64,000 nucleotides of DNA from a virus (lineage: Duplodnaviria; Caudoviricetes), in the IMG/VR virus record IMGVR_UViG_3300025099_000016, positions 1 to 64,000 of that record. One strand, 5' to 3'. Below the pieces are notes generated by a model that was not told the origin of the DNA, did not search any database, and saw only the letters and a program-made list of their open reading frames with translations. How positions within the stretch are numbered: position 1 is the stretch's first letter; each line of letters opens with the position of its first letter. Positions 21,438-28,646 of the stretch are shown here, one piece after another. A program made the translations under genes and the position numbers.

Positions 21438-22025
21438 TTACTTGTATTTATTTTTCTTAATCATTGGTGATCCAGCACCAGAGTATCTATCGTCAACCCT
21501 TGTTTTATCGCTAGCAGCGGTATAATTCCCCATGTATTTAGATGTATCACCTAGCATAGCGTCGTATTTCGAGGAATCATACTTAGGTTTAGACTTAGCT
21601 TTTGCTTTAGGTTTTGCTTTAGGTTTTGCTTTAGCCTTAGGCTTAGGCTTAGGCGTAGATTGTACCTTACGTTTAACCTCCATTTTTGGAGACTCACTAC
21701 CAACGCTCTTAACTTTCTTTGAATCTAGACTTATCTTTTTATCATCTTTCTTCTCGTCTCTAAGAGCTCTTTTACGGCGGTTTTCATCACGTTTAGCTAT
21801 AATCTCTTCTTCAGTAAACCTCTTCTTGCTAGGCTTATTCTTACCTTTAATTATACCTGATAGTTTAGACCCACCCGGTTTGGAGCCATAACTAGCTTTA
21901 CTTCTTCTACCTTTAGTACCGTAAGTACCTCTACTCTTATTGAATCTAGGTCTCTTCGCTAGAGGTGAATCCTCAGAACCATTAGTCCCTTCACCGAAAT
22001 TTATTGGGGTTTGTTTATATGCCAT
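21438..22025 (-). CDS. Lys-rich basic protein, possible internal DNA-binding virion protein
   Basis: PKPKPKAKAKPKAKPKAKAK repeat. Confidence 0.6.
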   Translation of the reverse strand: MAYKQTPINFGEGTNGSEDSPLAKRPRFNKSRGTYGTKGRRSKASYGSKPGGSKLSGIIKGKNKPSKKRFTEEEIIAKRDENRRKRALRDEKKDDKKISLDSKKVKSVGSESPKMEVKRKVQSTPKPKPKAKAKPKAKPKAKAKSKPKYDSSKYDAMLGDTSKYMGNYTAASDKTRVDDRYSGAGSPMIKKNKYK

Positions 22026-22120
22026 GACTTTGTTTTGGTTATGCTTTGTTAACGTCTGACTTCACAACTCCTCTACTGTCTTCTCTAGAGTTATATGCTA
22101 CAGCCTTTCTTCTTAGCTGG

Positions 22121-22579
22121 CTAATTATTTTTCTTCTTCTTTTGTCTTGCAGCTTTCTTAGCTCTTGCTTTAGCACCAGCATAATTAAGTCTTTTCTCTA
22201 ACTTACTAGTACCAGCTTGCGAAGCTATAGCTTTTTTCTTAGCTCTACGCTTATCTTGGCGTTTTATTTTACCAGTAGCTTCCATTTTAGTAGGTTTCAC
22301 AGCAGCTTTCTCAGGAGCTTTTACGCTCACAGGTTTGCTAGCTACACCTGGTTTAGAAACTTTACTTGATGTCTGCTCTTTCTTAGTACCAAAACTTTTA
22401 GCTTTAGCTGTAGGTTGAGTTGTACCGTATTTATTCTCATTATATCTTTCAGCAGCAGATTTAAAGGACTCGAAAGTTTTATATTTACTCTTGTCAGCAT
22501 CTTTATAAGCTTCCTTATAAGACTTTTTCATCGGTGACTCACCATGGTTACCAGAGTAACCTTTCATTTTAAAAGCCAT
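22121..22579 (-). CDS. Lys/Ala-rich basic protein, first gene of the left operon
   Basis: 152 aa, very K/A-rich. Confidence 0.6.
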   Translation of the reverse strand: MAFKMKGYSGNHGESPMKKSYKEAYKDADKSKYKTFESFKSAAERYNENKYGTTQPTAKAKSFGTKKEQTSSKVSKPGVASKPVSVKAPEKAAVKPTKMEATGKIKRQDKRRAKKKAIASQAGTSKLEKRLNYAGAKARAKKAARQKKKKNN

Positions 22580-22645
22580 AGTTATATTTTTAGATTAATT
22601 CAATGTCTTAACAGTATAATCACATTGTTATAGAATTATTTACAG

Positions 22646-22690
22646 TGTGACATTAGCTAGTTACTATTACCTTATATAGGCTATTGTCAT
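22646..22690. promoter_or_regulatory. TGTGACA dyad site A
   Basis: TGTGACA-TTAGCTAGTTACTATTACCTTATATAGGCTAT-TGTCAT; similar to sites at 24207 and 34364. Confidence 0.6.
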
Positions 22691-22739
22691 AGTTTCCCGT
22701 ATTGTAAATATTGGGGTTGGGTGTAGCCCCTCTCCTCTC

Positions 22740-23250
22740 AGCCCACCGCCCCCAATATCAAAGTCAAATCCTTTGACCCAGCCCCGTCTCATCAATCCCG
22801 ATCCGAACCCGTCCATCCAATCCGTCCCATACCCCCTACCCTACCCTACCCATACCCCACCCCTTACCCATCTCCCTCTTCCAGCTATCTAATTCTATCC
22901 ATCCATCTATCTATCCCAACCATCCAATCCACATCCCCGTCCATATCCACGTCCACAACCACATCTACATCCTCATCCATACCCTTATCCATATCCACAT
23001 CCTTATCTCTACCCAATCTCTGTCCGTATCCCTATCCTTGTCCTTATCTATACCCTGTCCATACCTCATCCATATCCATATCTATCCTCATCCCCATCCT
23101 ACGACCCATCCCCATCCTGACCTCCTCCCTGCCCCAATCCTATCCCTTTCCCCAACCATCCACATCCATATCTACGTCCTCATCTATGTCCCTATCCATC
23201 CTCCCACTGTCCTCCCTCCCTCTTCTCTACCCATCTACCTCTGCTCTTGA
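22740..23250. repeat. C-rich, G-poor degenerate hexamer tract (CCWYAT-like)
   Basis: 16 G in 22801-23220 (420 nt, hand count); run ccatat ccacgt ccacaa ccacat ctacat cctcat ccatac ccttat ccatat ccacat ccttat. Confidence 0.85.
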
Positions 23251-23333
23251 GCCAATTACAATTCTTATTCGGCTCAAATATACCCACTTTCTGAGCCGAT
23301 TAATAAATCTATTACCTCTTACGTATTATTTAT

Positions 23334-23365
23334 ACAAAGTTAATACGAAGTTAAATGGATAATAT
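23334..23365 (+). promoter_or_regulatory. Early promoter-like motif, copy 1
   Basis: ACAAAGTTAATACGA-N8-GGATAATAT. Confidence 0.8.
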
Positions 23366-23409
23366 ATATGTAAATCAATTAAACTATTAAACTTTAAATT
23401 CTAATTATT

Positions 23410-23649
23410 ATGCTTAAATCAAATTCAATTACTACTAAAAGATTCGTTATTCGTCAATCATTAATCGGCACTAACACTATCATTACATTCAAAACTAAGA
23501 AAGGCGATACAGTGTCATACAATCATGACAAAGTATATAATACTCACAAGTCTCGCTTCGATGCTATGAATTGTTTCGCTAAGTACAAATCGTATACTAA
23601 TTCAAATAACATTCCAGCATTCTGCCGTGACTTAGCAATACAAAGTTAA
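23410..23649 (+). CDS. Early hypothetical protein, paralog of 25264..25590
   Basis: Shares KRFV(I/V)RQSLIG.N...Y.HDK.Y...AMNC..KYKSYT..NNIP. Confidence 0.75.
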   Translation: MLKSNSITTKRFVIRQSLIGTNTIITFKTKKGDTVSYNHDKVYNTHKSRFDAMNCFAKYKSYTNSNNIPAFCRDLAIQS

Positions 23650-23671
23650 TACTATAGCAGTTGGATAATAT
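23640..23671 (+). promoter_or_regulatory. Early promoter-like motif, copy 2
   Basis: ACAAAGTTAATACTA-N8-GGATAATAT. Confidence 0.75.
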
Positions 23672-23707
23672 ACATGTAAACAAACTAAATAAACTAAATA
23701 AACTATT

Positions 23708-23857
23708 ATGATTAAGACTATTACTTTCCAAGTTGATGATAACAATGACATCTATGAAATTACTATCAATGGTATTACATATGACCTAGATACCATCTAT
23801 GATAGTCCATATGGAAAGCTCTTTGATGAATTAAACCTTGCAATTGATATAAACTAA
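23708..23857 (+). CDS. Small acidic early protein (49 aa)
   Basis: Translated by hand: MIKTITFQVDDNNDIYEITINGITYDLDTIYDSPYGKLFDELNLAIDIN; directly downstream of motif copy 2. Confidence 0.55.
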   Translation: MIKTITFQVDDNNDIYEITINGITYDLDTIYDSPYGKLFDELNLAIDIN

Positions 23858-23871
23858 ATTAAACTATTACT

Positions 23872-24030
23872 ATGAGAAAGATCTTATCTTACTTACCATT
23901 CGCTTCAGTACTATGTACTAATATCAGCTTACTATTCATGTTCGCTATAACTGGACAGCTAGGTTATCTGTCGCTACTAGTCGCAGCTGTTTTCGCCTTA
24001 GTTAATTCATTAAAACTAATTATAGAATAA
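23872..24030 (+). CDS. Small membrane protein (52 aa)
   Basis: Translated by hand: MRKILSYLPFASVLCTNISLLFMFAITGQLGYLSLLVAAVFALVNSLKLIIE. Confidence 0.5.
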   Translation: MRKILSYLPFASVLCTNISLLFMFAITGQLGYLSLLVAAVFALVNSLKLIIE

Positions 24031-24031
24031 C

Positions 24032-24211
24032 ATGCGAATAGATACTATCAACGATTGGACAATGGAAAACCTTACTAATGCCCAAGCTGCACTTACTAAG
24101 GTCTTTACCGACGAATTCTACTACAACCACGATCTAGCTATGCAAGCTAAGGAAATGGCGGATACTATGCAGGTAGCAATAGATCTTCTTGCTAAGGCGG
24201 AAAAACTGTGA
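24032..24211 (+). CDS. Small early protein, paralog of 24946..25167
   Basis: MENLTNAQAALTKVFTDEFYYNHDLA versus MKNLGDALTALSEVWTDELYYNVELA. Confidence 0.6.
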   Translation: MRIDTINDWTMENLTNAQAALTKVFTDEFYYNHDLAMQAKEMADTMQVAIDLLAKAEKL

Positions 24212-24254
24212 CATTTGCCTGTTACTATACCTAATCTAACTACCTATTGTCACA
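24207..24254. promoter_or_regulatory. TGTGACA dyad site B
   Basis: TGTGACA-N34-TGTCACA perfect inverted heptamers. Confidence 0.65.
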
Positions 24255-24265
24255 CTTTTCTACTA

Positions 24266-24338
24266 TGACAACTTGACATGACAGGTAGACAATTTGACAT
24301 GACAAAACTTCATGACAATATTTCATGACATACTGACA
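24266..24338 (+). repeat. Iteron-like cluster of TGACA direct repeats
   Basis: TGACA at 24266, 24274, 24279, 24295, 24300, 24313, 24326 and 24334, plus AGACA at 24287. Confidence 0.75.
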
Positions 24339-24392
24339 TGGTGGAATACCACGAAACTATTTTTTACTACTTAATAAATAATCCACTTTATT

Positions 24393-24424
24393 ACAAAGTT
24401 ATTACGACTTGATTTGGATAATAT
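24393..24424 (+). promoter_or_regulatory. Early promoter-like motif, copy 3
   Basis: ACAAAGTTATTACGA-N8-GGATAATAT. Confidence 0.75.
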
Positions 24425-24467
24425 ATACGTAACTAAAATAAATATAACAACTTAAAAATTAAACAAC

Positions 24468-24725
24468 ATGTCTACTATTATTAAAACTAACAATTCAACT
24501 AAAATTATAACTATTAATAACAATAAATATATTCCATTTCAACTTCATCAATTACCAAAAAATTATCAAGAAATCGAATTATCAAGTCAATTCAAACTAA
24601 ACGGTTTAATATATATTAATATAAATTCTTTAAAAAATCGTTTTAAAACTACTAAACAATTACTAAAAAATTATAATTCAACATTAACTTCAAATAAAAA
24701 TATTTCTTATACTAAATCAAGATAA
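24468..24725 (+). CDS. Early hypothetical protein, extremely G-poor coding sequence
   Basis: 85 aa; weak similarity to 26866..27072. Confidence 0.55.
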   Translation: MSTIIKTNNSTKIITINNNKYIPFQLHQLPKNYQEIELSSQFKLNGLIYININSLKNRFKTTKQLLKNYNSTLTSNKNISYTKSR

Positions 24726-24730
24726 TATTT

Positions 24731-24762
24731 ACAAAATAAATACGACTAAAGTTGGATAATAT
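24731..24762 (+). promoter_or_regulatory. Early promoter-like motif, copy 4
   Basis: ACAAAATAAATACGA-N8-GGATAATAT. Confidence 0.8.
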
Positions 24763-24796
24763 ATACGAAATTAAACTTTAAATAAAACTTAAAATT

Positions 24797-24940
24797 ATGA
24801 CTAATAAAAAATTAAAACTTGTCAAAAAACTTATAAACGAATTATACTTTGACGAATTAAATAACAAGTCAAACGACTTTGATAAAGTATTCGAAACTAT
24901 AACTGACGACTTAAAATTCATACTTAAAAATAAAATATAA
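24797..24940 (+). CDS. Small early protein (47 aa)
   Basis: Translated by hand: MTNKKLKLVKKLINELYFDELNNKSNDFDKVFETITDDLKFILKNKI. Confidence 0.5.
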   Translation: MTNKKLKLVKKLINELYFDELNNKSNDFDKVFETITDDLKFILKNKI

Positions 24941-24945
24941 TTATT

Positions 24946-25167
24946 ATGACTAAAGAAAATAAAAACTATATCTGTTGTCGAATACAACGAAATACTATGA
25001 AGAATCTTGGTGACGCACTCACGGCACTATCAGAAGTGTGGACTGACGAGTTATATTATAACGTAGAATTAGCGAACGCTTGTCACGAGTTAAGAATGAA
25101 GATAACTCCTATGATACACGAGTGTCACGAAGAATTAAATCGATTCAAGTCAATACTCGACGATTAA
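24946..25167 (+). CDS. Early hypothetical protein; start may be 24997
   Basis: Paralog of 24032..24211. Confidence 0.6.
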   Translation: MTKENKNYICCRIQRNTMKNLGDALTALSEVWTDELYYNVELANACHELRMKITPMIHECHEELNRFKSILDD

Positions 25168-25168
25168 T

Positions 25169-25200
25169 ACAAAATAAATACGATTACTATTGGATAATAT
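25169..25200 (+). promoter_or_regulatory. Early promoter-like motif, copy 5
   Basis: ACAAAATAAATACGA-N8-GGATAATAT. Confidence 0.8.
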
Positions 25201-25263
25201 ATATGTAACGAAACGAAATAAACAACTAAAATAAATTTTAAACTTAAACTAAATTAAATTACT

Positions 25264-25590
25264 ATGTCAAATTTACTTAAATCAAAAAGATTCGTCGTAA
25301 GACAATCACTAATCGGAAAAAATACTAATGTTGAAGTATCTTTCAAAAACGGAAAAACGATAACTTATTCGCACGATAAAGCGTATGAGATTATGAAAAC
25401 AGCTCTTGAAGCGATGAATTGCTGGGAAAAATACAAGTCGTATACTGCGACTAATAATATTCCGAAAGTTCTTCGAGAAACTGAAGCAGTTATCTCTTCT
25501 GAACAAACTGAAGTTGAAACTACTGACGAAGTAGTTGAAACAACAGAAGTTGAAGAAACTGAAACTGTAACTCCAGAAGTTGCATTCTAA
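25264..25590 (+). CDS. Early hypothetical protein with acidic E/T/V tail
   Basis: Paralog of 23410..23649. Confidence 0.75.
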   Translation: MSNLLKSKRFVVRQSLIGKNTNVEVSFKNGKTITYSHDKAYEIMKTALEAMNCWEKYKSYTATNNIPKVLRETEAVISSEQTEVETTDEVVETTEVEETETVTPEVAF

Positions 25591-25599
25591 ACTACGAAG

Positions 25600-25777
25600 T
25601 ATGAGTAGCCCAGTTAGTTCCACTTGTTTACTGGTAAAATCAAATATGAACAAGTCACACGAAAGTGTATTGGTTACCTAAATATAAATTATAGAGGTAT
25701 TCATGTTAGCGAGAGAAATCTTACGCTGCAGGTGAGCAGGAAGTTAACATAGTGGTTCGATTCCACTGCTTTCACTA
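25600..25777 (+). ncRNA. Candidate structured ncRNA with a tRNA-like 3' end
   Basis: GAAA-capped hairpins; perfect T-arm AGTGG-TTCGATT-CCACT at 25751-25767; ends in ACTA. Confidence 0.45.
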
Positions 25778-25955
25778 GAAATTATTAACAATTAAATTAA
25801 GAAATTATGCAAATACACTGCAAAGTATGTGGCAAAGATGTCACTATGGAAACTGAGTTCGAAACTCGTCGACCATACAGAATAATAAATAACCATAAAT
25901 GTGAAGTTAAATTAGCTCGAGCTAAAGCAAGAGCATTAGAAATGGGAATGATACT

Positions 25956-26225
25956 ATGAGAAAATCGTTATTAACTATAGCAATTTTCGCTACAGTTAGC
26001 GGATTTGCTCAAGAAAAACCAAAGTGTAGTGGTACAACTAAAGCTGGAAATCAGTGTAAAATAGTTGTGTGGAAAGAATCTTCACTATGTTGGAGACATA
26101 ATCCTAACTACGTTAAAGAAGTTATCACTCAGTCAACTACTTGTACGAGTAAAACTAAAACAGGTTTACCTTGCAAAATAAAAACTAGACACGAGAGCGG
26201 TATTTGTTATCACCACAGAGATTAA
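25956..26225 (+). CDS. Protein with N-terminal hydrophobic/signal segment and two CCCH zinc-finger-like repeats
   Basis: CSGTTKAGNQCKIVVWKESSLCWRH and CTSKTKTGLPCKIKTRHESGICYHH. Confidence 0.65.
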   Translation: MRKSLLTIAIFATVSGFAQEKPKCSGTTKAGNQCKIVVWKESSLCWRHNPNYVKEVITQSTTCTSKTKTGLPCKIKTRHESGICYHHRD

Positions 26226-26241
26226 TATTTAAAATAAAACT

Positions 26242-26466
26242 ATGAGAGGATTATTAGAAAATAAGAAAATCATGTTCCGTTACAGAGGAACAGGTAAATT
26301 CGCAGTAGCGAAAAAACGTCGTCAAGACGAAGCTATTGCTAGAAACGAAGGTTACCAGAAAATGGTAAGTACTAAAGCTGGTATCAGCGAGTATATTGCT
26401 AACACCAAGAATATTGGTAAAAAGCAGTTAGCTAAGTTGCAGTCTTTACTTAAAACTCGTAAGTAA
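26242..26466 (+). CDS. Basic hypothetical protein
   Basis: ORF track; co-oriented with the early region. Confidence 0.6.
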   Translation: MRGLLENKKIMFRYRGTGKFAVAKKRRQDEAIARNEGYQKMVSTKAGISEYIANTKNIGKKQLAKLQSLLKTRK

Positions 26467-26573
26467 TGGACTACAACGAGTTAAAAGAAGTTATGGTAGA
26501 TTTAATCGAAGCTGACGAAGTGTCAAAAACTCAGTTAAATTACATGCTGGAATTTATTCAAGGTAATGGTTAT

Positions 26574-26605
26574 ACAAACCAAATACGACGACTTATGGAT
26601 AATAT
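26574..26605 (+). promoter_or_regulatory. Early promoter-like motif, copy 6
   Basis: ACAAACCAAATACGA-N8-GGATAATAT. Confidence 0.75.
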
Positions 26606-26632
26606 AGATGAACGTTAAATAAATAAATAACT

Positions 26633-26863
26633 ATGACTAAAAAAATATTAAAAGACTACATGAAGTGTCACGAGATACAATTCATAGAGACTAACGAGAA
26701 CTTTTTGGTATGTCCAAACACTTCGTTACAACAAGAATATTTAGAGCGATGGAGTAATGAGTGGGATAGCGGACAATGTCATTTACCATTCGATAGAGAA
26801 ACTGGTAAAAACTACCTTGGAACTACTTGCTACATATTAATAATTGATAAAGTACAATTTTAA
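26633..26863 (+). CDS. Hypothetical protein
   Basis: ORF track; directly follows motif copy 6. Confidence 0.6.
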   Translation: MTKKILKDYMKCHEIQFIETNENFLVCPNTSLQQEYLERWSNEWDSGQCHLPFDRETGKNYLGTTCYILIIDKVQF

Positions 26864-26865
26864 AC

Positions 26866-27072
26866 ATGAAAATAATAAGAACAGTAAAAGAAGATAGTTG
26901 TATTTACATGCTTGAAGAGTTCGCAGGCACAACAATATCAACTAAATGGAGACCATATACTGTAGGTGATTTACCAAGTCGCTTCGGTTGTATTGATGAT
27001 GGTTCAGATAAAGGTGGATTATACGAATGGTTTAACTATAAAGGATATACTTATGTTAGAGACGAAAGATAG
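26866..27072 (+). CDS. Hypothetical protein
   Basis: ORF track. Confidence 0.6.
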   Translation: MKIIRTVKEDSCIYMLEEFAGTTISTKWRPYTVGDLPSRFGCIDDGSDKGGLYEWFNYKGYTYVRDER

Positions 27073-27206
27073 AAAGTTTACTCACGACCAAGTTATTGAA
27101 GTTGGAGGTGAATACCTAAGATGCAAAGAAACTGGTCAGTGGGTTAGTGAAAATAACGTAGAAAACTACGAAGTAGAAATGTTAAATATACAAATACAGC
27201 AATATT

Positions 27207-27524
27207 ATGAGCGAGAACAAGATAAACACTATTAACTGCGAAGACGAATTCGGAAGTGAAAAGCGAGTTCGTACGATCAAGAAATGTGAAACTAATAGAT
27301 TATTAGAAGTACTTGAGTCACAGTTGAAACACCATGATTGGTTTTACGAGTATTCTGATGACGCTAGATATTATAACTCAGGTTTACGTGAATTTACTCA
27401 GATATGGCAAACTATTGAGAAATTACAAGAGCTCGGTGAGAACGAATTTGACCAAGCTATATCTCTATACAAGCAGCATAAACCAGTAGTAAATACACCA
27501 CATGAGCGAGTTATTACAAAATAA
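27207..27524 (+). CDS. Hypothetical protein
   Basis: ORF track; LKHHDWFYEYSDD motif. Confidence 0.65.
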   Translation: MSENKINTINCEDEFGSEKRVRTIKKCETNRLLEVLESQLKHHDWFYEYSDDARYYNSGLREFTQIWQTIEKLQELGENEFDQAISLYKQHKPVVNTPHERVITK

Positions 27525-27547
27525 ATACGATTACTCGTGGATAATAT
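27516..27547 (+). promoter_or_regulatory. Early promoter-like motif, copy 7
   Basis: ACAAAATAAATACGA-N8-GGATAATAT; overlaps the upstream stop codon. Confidence 0.8.
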
Positions 27548-27562
27548 AATAAACGATACGAT

Positions 27563-27772
27563 ATGAAATGTAGATGCTCAGCAGAAATACCGCAAGGTAG
27601 ATTAAATCTTGGCTACAAGACATGTATTAACTGTTCGACAACAGCTAGATATGCCTGTGTACCAATCACAAACCACAAAACCGGTAATACAATACAGCTT
27701 GTCAGCCAAGACACTGCTGATGCTATTTACAAAGCAAGTCGTCGTAAAGGTTACGGCACTTGTTTACGATAA
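27563..27772 (+). CDS. C4 zinc-finger protein, DksA/TraR-like
   Basis: CRCSAEIPQGRLNLGYKTCINC matches the C..IP..RL....TC..C pattern. Confidence 0.55.
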   Translation: MKCRCSAEIPQGRLNLGYKTCINCSTTARYACVPITNHKTGNTIQLVSQDTADAIYKASRRKGYGTCLR

Positions 27773-27944
27773 TATTCTTGCTGAAACAGCGTTTTAACAG
27801 GAGAATAAGGCTAAAACACTCGCAGGTCTGGAACCACGCCGCTATATTCTAGTAAGCTAGATAAGTATAGTGGAACTAAGTGCAACTAGGAACCACGAAA
27901 TTTCCGCTGGAGATGGAGTTACTGACGAGTAACATAGCCGATTT

Positions 27945-28018
27945 GCCCGAGTAGCTCAACTGGATAGAGCAACGCCCTTCTAAGGCGTAGGTTATGAGTT
28001 CGAATCTCATCTCGGGTA
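27945..28018 (+). tRNA. tRNA-Arg(TCT)
   Basis: Full cloverleaf GCCCGAG-TA-GCTC..GAGC-A-ACGCC-CTTCTAA-GGCGT-AGGTT-ATGAG-TTCGAAT-CTCAT-CTCGGGT-A; followed by CTA, not CCA. Confidence 0.93.
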
Positions 28019-28034
28019 CTAAAAATTAAAGATT

Positions 28035-28229
28035 ATGAATAAACTAAACGAGTTAGCAAAAGAAATGTTTGCAGAATTTGGTTTCTGGACGTGTTCTACT
28101 GCTGAACAAGAAGAAATAGTTAAAGTTATAAAGAATGACTTACTATGGACTATTGAGGAGTTTGAGTTGGGAGGAGTAACTTCTTTTGACTGTATACAAC
28201 AAATCAAAGAAAAAGTTAAAGAATTATGA
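28035..28229 (+). CDS. Hypothetical protein
   Basis: ORF track. Confidence 0.55.
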   Translation: MNKLNELAKEMFAEFGFWTCSTAEQEEIVKVIKNDLLWTIEEFELGGVTSFDCIQQIKEKVKEL

Positions 28230-28381
28230 ATGAAAATTGGCAAGTAGTTTGTTACTCAAAAGAATCAGATTGGGAACAAGTGGTACGAAGAAACTTATCA
28301 GAGGAGAACGCTTATGAAATATTAGCAGAAATGAACTCTCAAGAAGCAAATGGTTACCAAGGTTTCTATGTGAATAGATGT

Positions 28382-28413
28382 ACAAACTAAATACGAACGC
28401 TCATGGATAATAT
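28382..28413 (+). promoter_or_regulatory. Early promoter-like motif, copy 8
   Basis: ACAAACTAAATACGA-N8-GGATAATAT. Confidence 0.8.
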
Positions 28414-28415
28414 CT

Positions 28416-28646
28416 ATGAACAAATTAATTAAAACTATGTATATAACAGTATTAGACTTCGAAGAAGGACGAGTACATCAGTATGATATTACTACTAATG
28501 ATACTCACCCTAATAGCAATAGAATAGATTGGCCAGATGCAGAAGCAATTGAAGACTTTCTAATCGGTGAAGGTCATCGTTTAGGTAATCTAGAGTGGAT
28601 GTCACACTCGGATGGTGAAATAATAACAGATAAAGCAGAGATATGA
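28416..28646 (+). CDS. Hypothetical protein
   Basis: ORF track. Confidence 0.6.
   Translation: MNKLIKTMYITVLDFEEGRVHQYDITTNDTHPNSNRIDWPDAEAIEDFLIGEGHRLGNLEWMSHSDGEIITDKAEI

Noticed and set aside
1114-22025. Plus-strand track ORFs across the left structural operon (e.g. 7827, 9916, 11741, 16768, 21532)
   Set aside because: They are antisense shadows of well-supported minus-strand genes and have no motifs.
23038-23250. Track ORF of 70 aa (P/H/I-rich) in the C-rich tract, and a minus-strand (D-X)n reading
   Set aside because: Both are by-products of the hexamer repeat; the period slips frame and the minus frame hits TAG.
27889-27933. Hammerhead ribozyme (CGAAA...CTGACGAG)
   Set aside because: Stem II pairs for only 2 bp, the cleavage triplet would end in G and there is no room for stem I.
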